DNA from: Lama glama
Lineage: Eukaryota
Length of the DNA: 64,000 nucleotides
Reading direction: 5' to 3'
NCBI GenBank assembly: GCA_028534125.1
Contig: CM052816.1
Location: 15,192,001-15,256,000, forward strand
A program made the translations under genes and the position numbers. Below the pieces are notes generated by a model, which had not been told where the DNA came from, ran no database searches, and worked only from the letters and a program-made list of their open reading frames with translations. This document shows positions 25,561 through 38,419 of the stretch, one piece after another; position 1 is the stretch's first letter; each line of letters begins with the position of its first letter.

Positions 25561-27387
25561 AGCAAACATAACGTCCCTACCCCTAACACTTCCTAAACAA
25601 ACATTCAAAACTACCCCGAGTTCTAGGAAGATATTGGAAGCCGTTTCACCGATAACACGGCTGTGAAGAGCTAAACACTGGACGCGCATAATCTTATTGA
25701 ATGTTCGCTATGACAATTATCCCCATTAGACGGGTGAGAAAAATTAGGCAACAATGTCACTGTTCTGCATAAAAGTGAATAGCATTATTCTTAGGACAAA
25801 GTAATTCTTTCATCAAATTTTAAGCACCACTAATCTACTGGGTATGGGGAAACACTGGTGAATTAAAAACCGTGTTCCTTACCCTCAAAATCCAAATTAT
25901 GGCCAACTAAACCCTGCATGGTCTAATCCCTGCTAACGTCTCCAATCTCACCTTTCTCATCTCTCCTGAGATCTTTGTTCCCTAAACAAGCTCTGCTCTT
26001 TTCCTCTTCTAGGCTTTTGCACAAGCTGTTCCACTGCCTAGAGCCTTGTCTCTGCAGTCCCACCCTCACTACAACCAGCATCCTTCTCTTAACACCATGC
26101 TCAAAATCTCAACTCCAGTGTTCCCTCCCTACTCAGAACTACTAGACCAGTGCACCTAATTATGAGAGTGTATATCACCATACACTTCTTCATAACCCTT
26201 TTCACAGCTGTCATTGTTATAGTGTAATTGTTTGACATTGTCTCCTCCCAAACCCCCTTCACAGCTCCAAGAGAGTAGAACCCTGGTAGCACTGAAGAAT
26301 TTTTACTGAGACCTCTAATTTTTAGAATGGAGATCATCATCCTGTCATCACCTCTTCTCTCCAGGTCCAGCACATATCCAACCTCTGGACAGCTGATTAC
26401 TGAGCATCTGCTATGCACCATACTCTGGCTGGGGATAGGATCTGGGTCTTGTACCCTTCTTCATGGGACAGACTGGCTTTTAACATCTGTATCTTTCTCC
26501 TGGTGGGGAAGATAAGCCCCCGGAAAAAAAATCTATGCTCTGTTTGAGTGTCTGCTCAGTTACAGCTGCCCAAACTGTTTTATTTGTTTGTTTGGTTTTT
26601 GTTTTTGTTTTTGTTTTTTTGGAACTTATCTGCCTGGCAACACTGTTAACCCTGTAAGAAACAGCCCCATGTCCTAGCTGGGGCTAGCTGTTCCTTTCTT
26701 TAGAGCTCCTACAAGTCCTTGTTTTCCCCTCTGTAAGATTCCTCTTCACTGTGGACTGTAGTTCTGGGTCCATGTTTGCCTCCATCACCTACTAGAGTGC
26801 TTGAGGGAGTGTATGATGGTTATGTCTGCACCCCAGGGCTTGCAGCAGCCCTGGCACTTTTATAGATAAATGATGGATATTTTTTGAATCAAGGTGTGAG
26901 TCCAAATCTTTGCAAAACCATTGTTGACCCTTTAGCTTGGACCCCTCATCCAGAGTGTCTTCCCTAAGGTGATGGAATTTGCTGAGGAGCCAGGCTTTAG
27001 TGGCCTGAGTCTTCTGAATGCAGAGACTCTGATGAAGAAAATAATAAAGGGCTATTGTTGCAACCTCAGTGGTCGAGCTGGGACTCCAAGTCTGGTTGTC
27101 TAACTGCAGAGTTAGTGTATTTAACACTGATCTATACCCATATCTTGGTCCTCAGGGATGTCCCAGTGACCTGGTCTGGCCTTTAAGCATGGCTTAGGGT
27201 ATAAGAGCATGACCAACAGGACACACAGAGGGCAGTGTGGTCTGATGAAGCCTCATTGTTTGGACTGGGGGCAGATGTGAAGCTGCTTCTGGAAAATAGG
27301 GAAGTGAGAATTCAAAAATTTTTGATGTAGCCCTTTACCTAGAAATCCAGAAGTTCAGACTTATGAGGGCTGTTTTAAAAGCATAGC

Positions 27388-27452
27388 CTTTTTGGGAAAA
27401 AAAAGTGTGATTTTGATAACATTCAGGTATTAAAAGGGAGAAAAAAAAGAGA

Positions 27453-27488
<36 letters not shown>
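27388..27488 (+). mobile_element. Very short L1-mediated retroposed insertion with (TAAA)n tail
   Basis: 12-bp TSD taaaagcatagc (27376-27387, 27489-27500) at a TTTT/AAAA site. ATTAAA at 27429-27434 precedes the A-rich tail. Confidence 0.7.
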
Positions 27489-27491
<3 letters not shown>

Positions 27492-27542
27492 AAGCATAGC
27501 TTTTCTGGAACTGAGGGCAGTCATCAATTAGATCCCTCGAAG

Positions 27543-28159
27543 TGTAACTTGCTTAATAAATAATACTATGTAACCTGACTTCACCAGTCAAGCTCACCTT
27601 AATTGTTCCTGCAAATTTACATACCCTCATGTAGCTTAGACAGTATGTCACAAGGCTCCTTTAACTGCCCCCCAGTGAGTAACTACCCCCTCTGAAATAT
27701 GGGTTGCTATAGTAATGGCCGTTTAAGTTGATTTTCAGGAACTTAAGAGTCAGTTCTTGTCCAGTTCACGTTCCAGCTGATTAAGACTGGTTGGAATCAC
27801 CACCCTCCAACTGGCCCTGTGTGGGGTCAGAGGGCCAAAACTCTCCCCATGCTAATGCCACAATTTTCCAAAAATGTGAACCATGAAGAAGCATGTAACT
27901 CAGACACACCTGAGTGAGCAATGATTTATTTCCTCATCTTTTTCCTGTCTCCGGTCACCTTCCCCTGCACCTCCAACCACCCTATATCCTTCACTCATAA
28001 ATATCCGAAGCCCCTCGCCTTCAGGGAGGCAGATCTGAGATTTGTTCTCCCTGGTCCTCATTTGGATGTCTTGTGAATAAACTCTTTCTCTGCTGCAAAC
28101 TTTAGCTTCTCAGCACTTGGCTTACTGCACATTGGACAAGCAAACCTGCTTCAGTAACA
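27543..28159 (+). mobile_element. ERV solo-LTR-like element (5' boundary approximate)
   Basis: TGTAAC start and GTAACA end, a TATA-like ataaata at about 27997 and AATAAA at about 28076. Composition is LTR-like. Confidence 0.5.
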
Positions 28160-28411
28160 CTTTCCCACCCTCTTAGGACACCTCCTTTTTTCCCTTGACA
28201 AAACAGGTGAGCTACTAGTTAATCCTCATTCAACATAGGTCCAGACTTTCCTTCGTAGGACGTCCGAATTGTGCTGGGGGGCGAGGAGCTAGGTCCAAGC
28301 AAGAAAATTATATCAGAAACATCTTGTTTCTCAATTTCGGGGTGGGGAAGTGGAAACTCTAAGAGAGGTAGTGACTTAGCCAATGTGTCTCTGTTAAACA
28401 CTTCTACTTTT

Positions 28412-29051
28412 TTTTTCTGAAAAAAATCTTTTTTTAACATTTTTTATTGATTTATAATCATTTTACAATGTTGTGTCAAATTCCAGTGTTCAGCACAATT
28501 TTTCAGTCATTCATGGACATATATACACTCATTGTCACATTTTTTTCTCTGTGATTTATCATAACATTTTGTGTATATTTCCCTGTGCTATACAGTGTAA
28601 TCTTGTTTATCTATTCTACAATTTTGAAATCCCAGTCNNNNNNNNNNNNNNNNNNNNNNNNNNNNNNNNNNNNNNNNNNNNNNNNNNNNNNNNNNNNNNN
28701 NNNNNNNNNNNNNNNNNNNNNNNNNNNNNNNNNNNNNCTTCCCACCCTCTACCGCCCTGGTAACCACAAGTCTGTATTCTCTGTCCATGAGTCTATTTCT
28801 GTCCTGTATTTATGCTTTGTTTTTGTTTGTTTGTTTGTTTTTGTTTTTGTTTTTTAGATTCCACATATGAGCGATTTCATATGGTATTTTTCTTTCTCTT
28901 TCTGGCTTACTTCACTTAGAATGACATTCTCTAGGAGCATCCATGTTGCTGCAAATGGCGTTAAGTTGTCGGTTTTTATGGCTGAGTAGTATTCCATTGT
29001 ATAAATATACCACATCTTCTTTATCCAGTCACCTGTTGATGGACATTTAGG
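28412..29051 (-). mobile_element. 5'-truncated young L1 insertion containing a 100-N assembly gap (28638-28737)
   Basis: Poly-T start, antisense L1 3' sequence (ttccacatatgagcgat..., gtagtattccattgt) and direct repeat ctgttaaacacttctactttt at 28391-28411 and 29052-29072. Confidence 0.85.
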
Positions 29052-29399
29052 CTGTTAAACACTTCTACTTTTAAGAAAGCTATTACTTTAAAGTTGTAAA
29101 TCACTATATTATAGATCTGTAATTTATGTAATATTGTACATCAACTATACTTCAATTTTTAAAAAGCTGTTACTTTCTTAATAAACAAATTTTAAGAACT
29201 GCCAGCTGTCAGTTAAAAAGGGGGTTGTGAGTGGGGAGTTGTTCTTCAGAACTTCCTTCTCTTAAACCTAATTCTAGCCCTTCGAGTCAATAGATGAAGT
29301 TTGTAATCTCTTCCACAAAATATCCAGTTAAATATCAGAGGACTTGGGTGACAGGAGGGCAATAGTAACCACCAAGACTAGGGAAAAGTCAAGGAAACT

Positions 29400-29819
29400 A
29401 CCAGTTGAGTCAGGGATATAGGCAGGGGAGGTGAGAGTCCCAGCCTGAGGCACTGGGGATCCTTTCTCCATCCCAGACAAGTCTGGGGGCGCCTGAGTCA
29501 TCAGGGCGAAGCCTGCCACAAGATCCTTGCAAGATCCTTCCTGTTATGGCCCCTCTCCTGGCAACATGCTTCATTGCAAAATTTCCTGGAATAGTACTGA
29601 ATGGGGTGGTTGGGAGAAAGAGAAGTGGAGAGTGACAGGGTTCAAAGAGGGAACAAAGTGACATCTCAGGGTTACATAAACTCTCCGAGGTTGCCAAAGA
29701 TTTAGGACGTTTGTGGAGACTGGAAGCCGGCGAGTGTCGCCAGACAGGAAAGAAGTTACAGCCCTTCCGAGAGCCAGCCAGCCAGCCGGAGACCCAGAGG
29801 CTCTGAGGACCCATCGACC
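29400..29819 (+). promoter_or_regulatory. CD14 proximal promoter and 5'UTR
   Basis: AP-1 TGAGTCA at 29406-29412 and 29494-29500, C/EBP-like ATTGCAAAAT about 29573, STAT/GAS TTCCTGGAA 29583-29591 and TTACATAA about 29672. Resembles the recalled human CD14 promoter. Confidence 0.65.
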
Positions 29820-31023
29820 ATGGTAAGTGTATGTTCTTGGGGCCGAATAGGGTCTACTCGGGAAACCTCAGGGGCAGCAGGGGCCTCCTTAACCTCCCCC
29901 GTCTTCCTAGGCGCCTGTGCCCTACCTGCTGCTGCTGCTGCCACTGCTGCGCGTGTCTGCGGACGAACTGGAACCCTGCCAACTGGACGAAGAAGATTTC
30001 CGCTGCGTCTGCAACTTCACGGATCCGGAGCCTGACTGGTCCAGCGCCTTGCAGTGTACGGTTGCCGTCGAGGTGGAGATCCGTGGAGGCGGCCGCAGCC
30101 TGGAACAGTTTCTAAAGAAAGCCAACGCCGACCCGGAGCAGTATGCTCACATGGTCAGGGCTCTGCGATTGCGGCGGCTCACGGTGGGCGCTGCACAGGT
30201 TCCCTCTCAGCTTCTGGTCGCCGTCCTGCATGTGCTCGGGTATTCACGCCTAAAGGAACTGACGCTGGAGGACCTGGAGGTAACCAGCCTGCTGCCGCCG
30301 CCGCCTGTGAAAGACCCTGGGCCAGCACTCTCTACCCTCAGAATCCATAACGTGTCCTGGGCAACAGGAGGTGCGTGGCTCGGCAAACTGCAGCAGTGGC
30401 TCAAGCCGGGCCTCAGGGTACTGAACATTGCGCTAACACATCCGCTTGCTTTCGCCTGCGCACAGCTCCGCACCTTCCCGACCCTTACCACCCTAGACCT
30501 GTCTGACAATCCTGGACTGAGCGAGCGCGGGCTGACTACGGCTCTCTGTCCTCACAAGTTCCCGGCCCTCCAGGATCTAGCGCTACGCAACGCGGGGATG
30601 GAGACGCCCAGCGGAGTGTGCGCAGCGCTGGCGGCGGCGGGTGTGCAACCGCACCGTCTGGACCTCAGTCACAACTCGCTGCGCGCCGCCGCCTCAGGCG
30701 ATCCCAGGTGTGTCTGGCCCCGCACACTGAGCTCTCTCAATTTGTCGTTCGCTGGGCTGGAGCAAGTGCCTAAAGGACTGCCGCCCAAACTCAGCGTGCT
30801 TGATCTCAGCTGCAACAGGCTGAACAGAGCGCCACGGCCAGACGAACTGCCAGAGGTGAGTAACCTGACACTGGATGGGAATCCCTTTCTGGACCCTGGA
30901 GCCCTCAAGCACCAAGAAGACCCGACGCTCTCTGGGGTGGTCCCAGCCTGTGCGCGTTCCGCCTTGACCGTGGGCGTGTCTGGAACTCTGGCGCTGCTTC
31001 AAGGAGCCCGGGGCTATGCCTGA
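29820..31023 (+). CDS. CD14: Monocyte differentiation antigen CD14 (LRR, GPI-anchored LPS co-receptor), 371 aa
   Basis: ATG 29820-29822 is immediately followed by an 88-nt GT-AG intron (29823-29910); exon 2 is 29911-31023. Signal peptide, EPCQLDEEDFRCVCNF, LRRs (LTTLDLSDN, LDLSHNSL) and a hydrophobic GPI tail. ATTAAA at 31121-31126. Confidence 0.98.
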
Positions 31024-32629
31024 AGCCCAGGGGAGAACAATCCACTGGCCTCAGAGTGCCCTGGCTTCTGGGGAGCCTCGTCAGGACGTCTCAACCAACC
31101 CACCCTCTACCCCCATCTTCATTAAAATCTTAAACAATGGTCCGTGTCATTCACTCAACACGTATTTACTGGGTGTCTGCTATGTGCTGGGCACATTGCT
31201 GTATAGGAACTCCGTTACACTTAAACTTTCTTCAGACTAACTCCCTAGAAACCATACCTGCCCTAACTTAGAAAAGAACTGCAGAGGCAGAAGGGGCAGG
31301 GAAATGTTGCCTGTCTAGGGCTGCGTGGGAGGACCAAGGGTTTCTGTTCAGTGGGGGCTTTCTAAGCAGATTACTGGCACCTTTGTTAAGATGTCTGAAT
31401 CATAAACATTCCTAGGATGATACAGAATGTCTCCTCTCCAGTGCGCTTTCTAAGAGCCAGCTGCTCCTTTTCCAAGGTAATAAAACCCAGAGCCACTTGC
31501 TTATTCTTTCTTTCCCCCGTCCCCTAGGGAGGAGATACAACTATGCCACTTGTTCTACATAAACTCTGAGTTTTATAATTTCAGGATTCCTCTCCTGTAG
31601 TGTAAAGTCCCTTTGCACATACAGCTATGCTGACTTTCACTGTGTCATCTAATGGGGAATTTGAGGATGGGGAACTGATGCAAGATTCTGTCATTTAACA
31701 GTCTGTCTCTGAACCAGGGATCTTATGAATAAGTTAGTATATGTGAATAAAATTGTTTCAGGCTGGCTCTTTGATTTGCAAATAGGATAATATCTTAGAC
31801 CCTTCACAGCTCCTTGGACCCTTCACAGAACAATTAACAATGTATGTCCTCTGAAACACATTGTCTCTTGTCTCAGAGACCCAGGACATCAGCCAAGAGG
31901 CAATGTTTCTTCCAAGGGTCCCTTCTTCATTGCATCAGGGAGGCAGCCACATTTATCAGAGGTGGAGATATCTGCCTCAAGGGGGACCTCAAGAGGAGTG
32001 GGAGGAGGCAGGTAAACACAGCCCTCCAGACTGCCTCCCTCCAGTGTCCAAAACCACACAGATAGGAATGGGGAATGCAAAGGAACATTGATGGGAGAGT
32101 TATACAGGCCATCAGACCACAGATTCAAGGAATCATAGGGATAGCTAAATAAACTGTCAATCTGTGTGGCTGAACCACACTGACTCCATTTTGTCAGCTC
32201 CACCTTAGGCCCGCAGTTCTGCGCCCTCCTCTTTCTGCAGGAGCTTTAGTCCAGCTGCAAAGAGTGAGACCAAGCCAAATGGCTTTCCTATCAACTTTTA
32301 CTCTTGCCTTCATCTGTGGTGAAAACTGGAAAAATGCCTTTTGCTGACACAAGTGTTTTAATGATCATGAGAGCCCCATGGAGGAAAAAGCCCCGGTTCC
32401 CTTGAATGCAGATGTGCTTCTTACTTGGTAGTCAAATTCTATTTTTAGCTTTGGCCCATTTAAATCCCGGGTACCCCTTTGCAGAGTGCAGCTGTGATTA
32501 TGTAAGTAATGCGGCTGTAAGTAAGTACCCACAATAAACTTCAAGATTGCTTGCTTGGAGTTGTTTGCTTCATTTTTCAGCCTCAAAGTTCTTTATCAGT
32601 TTGGAAAATATCATTCAATATCTCCACCT

Positions 32630-33900
32630 CCCACATTTTTGCATGTGGATAGACAGTTTCCCAGATGCCGTTGTTTGAAAAGACATTGAATGGTGTTGGT
32701 ACCTTTGTCAAAAATCATTTGACCATATATGTGAGGTTTTATATCTGGACTCTATTCAATTCTATTGGTTAATATAAATCTCTTTTTGCCAGTACTACAC
32801 TGTTGTGATTACAAAAAGCTTTGTAATAAGTTACGAAATCAGAAAGTGTGAGATCTCCAACTTTATTCTTTTTATTTTCAAGATTGTTTTGGCTATTGGG
32901 GGTCCCTTAAGATTCCATACGAATCTTAGGATGGATTTTTCTTTCTGCAAAAAATGTCATTGGATTTTGATAGGGATTTCATTAAATCTGCAGATTTCTC
33001 AGGGGAGCGTTGCTATCCTAACAATATTAAGTCTTCCAACCCATGAACATGGGATGATTTTCCGTTTATTTGTGTCTTCTTCAATTCTTTCAGCAATGTT
33101 TTGTGGTTTCCATTATACAAGTCTTTCATCTCTTTGGTTAATTCCTAAGTATTTTATTCTTTTCAATGCTGTTGTAAATGGAATTGTTTTTCTTAATTTC
33201 CTTTCCAGATTGTTTATTGTTCATATAGGGAAATTTCTGACCTGAAACAAATAGACTGCTTGATATTTGTCCTGCAAAGATAAGTATCTTTGGGATTGGC
33301 AGATAGTTGCAGTTCAAGGTCTGCAACCACAGTGAGCCACACACAAGTTCCTGTACGGCAAAGGAAGAAGGATGTTTCTACACAGAGAAAAAGGAAGTTG
33401 GGAGGGTATAATAAACAGAGTCTGTGGCTTCTTACTGGCTGGTCTTTGCCAGTGAAAAAGGAATCTTTCTTCTTACTCTTGGGCTCTGCTAGGTTCTCAG
33501 GGCATGAAAGCTCTCCTTTCTGGTCTCCCAACTCTATTTAATTAATTGAGGTTTCTGTTTATGGGGTTTTGTTTGTTTGTTTGCTTTGTTTTTTACAAAA
33601 CTCATTGGATTTTGTTTGTCAATTTTGTATCCTTTAGCTTTGCTGAATTCATTTATCAGTTCTAACAGTTTTTGGGTCTGTGGAATTTTGGGGATTTTCT
33701 ACATATAAGATCATGTCATCTGTGAGCAAAGATAATTTTACTTCTTCCTTTGAGTTGGATGCCTTTTATTTCTTTTTCCTGCCTAACTTCTTTGGCTAGG
33801 ATAGCCAGTACTATGTTAAATAGAAGTGGCAAAAGTGGGTATCCTTGTCTTGTTCCTGATCTTAGAAAGTTTTCAGTCTTTTACTATTGAGTATAATGTC
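32630..33900 (-). mobile_element. Old L1 fragments (ORF2-derived, antisense) interrupted by an LTR-like piece at about 33225-33598
   Basis: Typical antisense L1 text (ccagtactacactgttgtgattac, gggatttcattaaatctgcag, atcatgtcatctg, ccagtactatgttaaatagaagtgg). Confidence 0.75.
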
Positions 33901-34057
33901 ATGTTCATTAAGATGAGGGAATAGCATGACTGTATGCAGATGGGAATAAGCTATATATATCTCTTCTTTATTCTGCTAAAATATATATATAATAAATTTG
34001 CCATTTAATCTTTTTTTGCAATTTATTCTTTTTTTTTTAATGGAGGTACTGAGGATT

Positions 34058-34927
34058 TGCTGGGAAACAAGCTGCTGGAAAACAAGGAACTAGAAAACAA
34101 GCTGCTCCTAAATTTCCATGAGCTTAAAATATTATATTCACACTTGCTTACTTAAAATACACATGCTTGCTTTGTTCTAATATTTTGCACAGTAGACGAT
34201 CTATAGCACATATTATGCTAAAGAAAATTTGTGGTTAAAAGTAATCATTTTCTTATAATAAACCTTCAAAATACGTCAGCTGTTAGAATGTCTCAGAATT
34301 GTGATAATCACTTGCTGTACCTCTTTCTTCCTAGTATTAAAATAAAACAACTTCCACTTCACAAAAAGAAAAAAGAAAAAAGAAAAAGAAAAAGAAAATT
34401 TGTGATGAGCAATCCTGACATTAACCATAAGGGCTTGAAGGAGGGCAGATATTTCCTTAGGGTGAAACAATGGATGGTCTTGGAAAGCCAGAAGATCCAA
34501 TAACAGAACTTTGTTCTGGCGTGAAAGCATGCTGTTGAGCCAGGGGAAGTACTTGCTATCTTGAGATGTCCCAGAGGCAATGAGAGGATAGACTCAGAAA
34601 TTTTGCATACCCACAGGAGGGTGATTGTTCCTGGAAGGGATGGGCCTGAAATTAATCAGTTAACCAGCAAGCAGAATTTAGTGCTTTATCGTGTGGAATA
34701 TCTAAAGCCCCACTTCAAAAAAAAAAAAAGGCCCCACCTTTTTGATCGCATATTTTTCTGAGCTATATACTCCCAATAAATATGATGTTGACCAGGCTTT
34801 CAGGGCTCTAGATCCATGAGATCTTGAATCCCCTTGTCCCATCTTCGCTCTTTACTTTGTCTCTTTGTTTCTTAAGTCTTGCATCACTGGTCCTCAGACA
34901 TGATGCCGAGCTGCGCTGGACACTGCA
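34058..34927 (+). mobile_element. ERV solo LTR (TG...CA, 6-bp TSD, probably class II/ERVK-like) inserted into a SINE
   Basis: TSD aggatt at 34052-34057 and 34928-34933; AATAAA at 34775-34780. The flanks rejoin into a minus-strand SINE (about 34029-34057 plus 34934-34996). Confidence 0.85.
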
Positions 34928-34996
34928 AGGATTAAACCCAGAAGCTGGTGCATGTTAAACATGCACCCTACCACTGAGCTATACCTATACCCTCCC

Positions 34997-36920
34997 TGCC
35001 ATTTTATCATTTTTAAGTGTACTGTACAGTGGCATTAATTACATTCACAATATTGTGCAACCATCACTACAATTTCCAAATTTTTTCATCATCCCAAACA
35101 GAAACTCTGTACCCCTTGAGCAAATACTCTCCAATCCCCTCCCCCTAGAGCCTGTGAAAGTGTAATCTACTTGCTGTCTCTGTACATTTGCCTATTCTAC
35201 ATATTTAATTTAAGTGGGATCATACAATATTTGTTTTTTTGTGTCTGGCTTATTTCACTTAGCGTAATGTTTTCAAGGTTCGTCTATGTTATAGCATGTG
35301 TCAGTACTTCATTGCTATTTATGGCTGTATAGCACTCCATTGTGTGTATAAACTACATTTTGTTCATTCATTCATCTGTTGGTGGAAACTTTTTGGCTAC
35401 TATGAATGATGCTGCAATGAACATTTTGGTACACAAATTTGTTTACATACAGTTTTTCAATTTTTTTGCATATATACCCAGGTAGATTGCTGGATCATAC
35501 GGTAATTATATGTTTAACCTTTGGAGGAACTGCCAAACTGTTTTCCACACTGACTGTACCATATTACATTCCCATCAGCAATGTATGAGAGTTCTTATTT
35601 GTTAACATTCTCAGCAACCAGTTTTATTTTTTCTTCTTATTAGAGCCATACCAGTGGATGTGAAGTGGTACCTCATTATGCTTTTGATTTGCATTTATTT
35701 TTAAAAACTTTATTTTCCTTCCAGTTTCATTTAGATATAATTGACATACAGTACTGCATTTGCGGGGAGATTAGGTTTTGTTTGTTTATTTTAATGGAAG
35801 CACTGAGGATTGAACCCAGGACCCATGCCTGTTAGGCACACATTCCACCACTGAGCCATACCCTCCCCTACATTTCTTTAATTATGGATGATTTTGAGCA
35901 TCTTTTCACATGCTTGTTGGTCATTTGTATAGCTTCTTTGGAGAACTGTCTATTCACATTTTTTGCCTAGTTTTTGATTGTTGTCTTTTTGCATTTCACC
36001 AATATATAATGATAATGAGCATTTTTTCATGTACTGTGTATATCTTCTTTGTAGAAATGGCTATTCAAGTCTTTTCCCCATTTTTTAACTTGTGTTGTCT
36101 TTTTGTTCCTGAGTTGTAGGAACTCTCTATATATCCTGGATGCTAGATCATTATCATATATAGTTTGCAAACATTTTCTCCCATTTTGTATGTTGTATTT
36201 TCATCTTTTTGATAACATCTTTTGATGCACAAAAGTTTTCAGTTTTGATGAAATCCAGTTTATCATGTTTTCTTTTCTTGCACTTGCTTTTGGTGTCATA
36301 TCTAAGAATAAATTGCCAGATTATAGGTCATGAGGATTAACTTCTGTATTTTAATTCTAAGAGTTTTATACTTTTAGCTCTTAGATTTAGGAAACTGACC
36401 CATTTAAGTTAATTCTTATATATGGTCTGAAATAAGGGTCCAACTTCATTCATCTGTATTTGGGTATCCAAGTGTCTCAGTGCCATTTGTTAAAAAGATC
36501 AGTCTTTCCTACAGGGGGAGGGTATAGCTCAAGTGTTAGAGCACATGCTTAGCATGGATGAGGTCCTGGGTTCAATCCCCAATACCTCCTCTAAGAATAA
36601 ATAAATAAAGGTAATTACCTTCTCCAGATAAAAAAAAAAATAAATCAGTCTTTCCTCATTGAATGTTCCTGACATCCTTGTCAAATTAGCTGCCCATAGA
36701 GTCATGGGTTTATTTCTGGACTCTCACTTCTCTCCCACTGATCTCTGTTCGTTCTTATGCTAGTATCACAATGTCTTTTTTTTTTTTCACAATGTCTTGA
36801 TTACAGTTGCTTCACAGTAAGTTTTGAAATCCAAAAGTGTGAGTCCTTCAATTTTGTTCCTCTTTTTTAAGACTGTTTTGACTATTCAGCATCTGTTGAA
36901 ATCCATAAGAACTTTAGAAT
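34997..36920 (-). mobile_element. L1 3' region (antisense) with two nested SINEs (about 35762-35868 minus; 36513-36643 plus, TSD atcagtctttcct)
   Basis: L1 antisense motifs (ttaagtgtactgtacagtggc, ggaactgccaaactgttttcc, cttttggtgtcatatctaaga) and SINE A/B boxes. Confidence 0.8.
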
Positions 36921-37432
36921 GGGTAATGATAGCTGAGAGCAAAGGAAGGAACAAATAGGTTATGCAAAGAGGGAAATCCAATATTACACACTTCAGAAGA
37001 GGCTCAGAGAACAAGATGCTATCTTTAGTCCATTTATACCAGATATCTGAAGGTGAAGCCGTATAATCCTGAGAACACTTTTGCTTTTGGAACCTGACAA
37101 GAATCTGAGTGGCTTTGCCCTGGGAGACATTTTGATCATAAAATATGATGATGAACTGAATTAATTACTCTTATTTTTCACGCAACATCTACACAATGAG
37201 ATATCACACTGGCATTGTTGGTAAGACTATAATATCAAAATTGGTTGTCAAATGTATGGGAAAACACAAGCATCCTATGCTTGCCCCATACTGATTCCTC
37301 CAAATGTCAGCTGTATGCATCTTGTTACTATTGCTCTGCCTGTTCTATAAGTGCTATACCAGATGTAGATGATCAGACAAGTGTGATACTTTTGACTAAA
37401 AGGGATCCTTGGTGAAAAACCTGAGAGAGGCT

Positions 37433-38396
37433 TGTGATATAATAAAGAACCTATCTGGTCTTTCTCTCCAGTTACTGACACAGAGTTTCAAAAATGTTTG
37501 GAATTTCCTGAGCAATAGGAGTTTCTCTGTTATGCTAATGAGGTGACTTCTGGCAGGACCCTTAGATAGCTTCAGGACAGAGAAGGCTGCTCACCAGAAA
37601 AAAAGTCAACCATGAAACAAAAAAAAGAAAAGAAAAAGAAAAAATCAACCACACAGATTGAAAAGCTGGAGTTGAGTTCAGTCACATAGCCTATGATTTA
37701 ATTAATCATGCCTACATAATGAAATCTCAACCAAAAACTGGCCAGTGAGCTTCCTGGTCAGTGAACATATTGTTATACTGGGAAGGTGTCACACCCTAAC
37801 TCCACAGAAACAGAAGCTCCTGCACTCAGGACCCTTCCAGATCTTATTCTATGTACCTCTTCATCTGATTGTTCATTTGCATCCTTTATAATAAAGAAGG
37901 TAATTATAAGTAAAGCACTTTCCTGAGTTCTGTGAGTCATTCTAGCCGAATTATGGAATTTAAGGGGTGGTCATGGAAATCCCTGAATCTCTAGCCAAGT
38001 CAAGCAGTACTACAAGTAGGCTGGGGATCCCATTTGTGGCTGGAATCTGAAAGAAGGGCAGTCTCATTGAGGACCTTGCATTTTAACTTGTGGAATCTGG
38101 TGCTAACTCCAGGCACTTAGTGTCAGAATTTGGTTGAAATGTAGGCCACTCAGTTGGTGTCAGAGAACTGGTATCAGCTACAGTAGGTATAATGCTTTCC
38201 TGAGTTCTGTAAGTCATTCTAGCAAATTATGGGACCTGCAGGAGTAGTGGAAACACCTGAAAGTGTAGATAGCTCATCAGAGTGATGTAGGACTAGGGAC
38301 CTCTAAGCTTGAGACTAATGTCTGAAGTAAGGATAGTTATATGGGGACTGTGCCATTACCTGTGATGTTTGACCAAATTCTGGATAATTGGTGACA
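37433..38396 (+). mobile_element. MER21-like LTR
   Basis: Starts tgtgatataataaagaa...ggaatttcctgagcaatagg and contains repeated ttcctgagttctgt...tcattctagc blocks. Family name is recalled from consensus sequences. Confidence 0.6.
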
Positions 38397-38419
38397 GAAG
38401 TAATGTCATCCCTACACGG

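Noticed and set aside
28638..28737. Run of 100 N and the ORFs spanning it
   Set aside because: Assembly gap placeholder inside an L1; not biological.
29823..29910. TCCTTAAC in the CD14 intron, resembling a U12 branch site
   Set aside because: The donor is GTAAGT with a normal pyrimidine tract and AG, so this is a U2-type intron.
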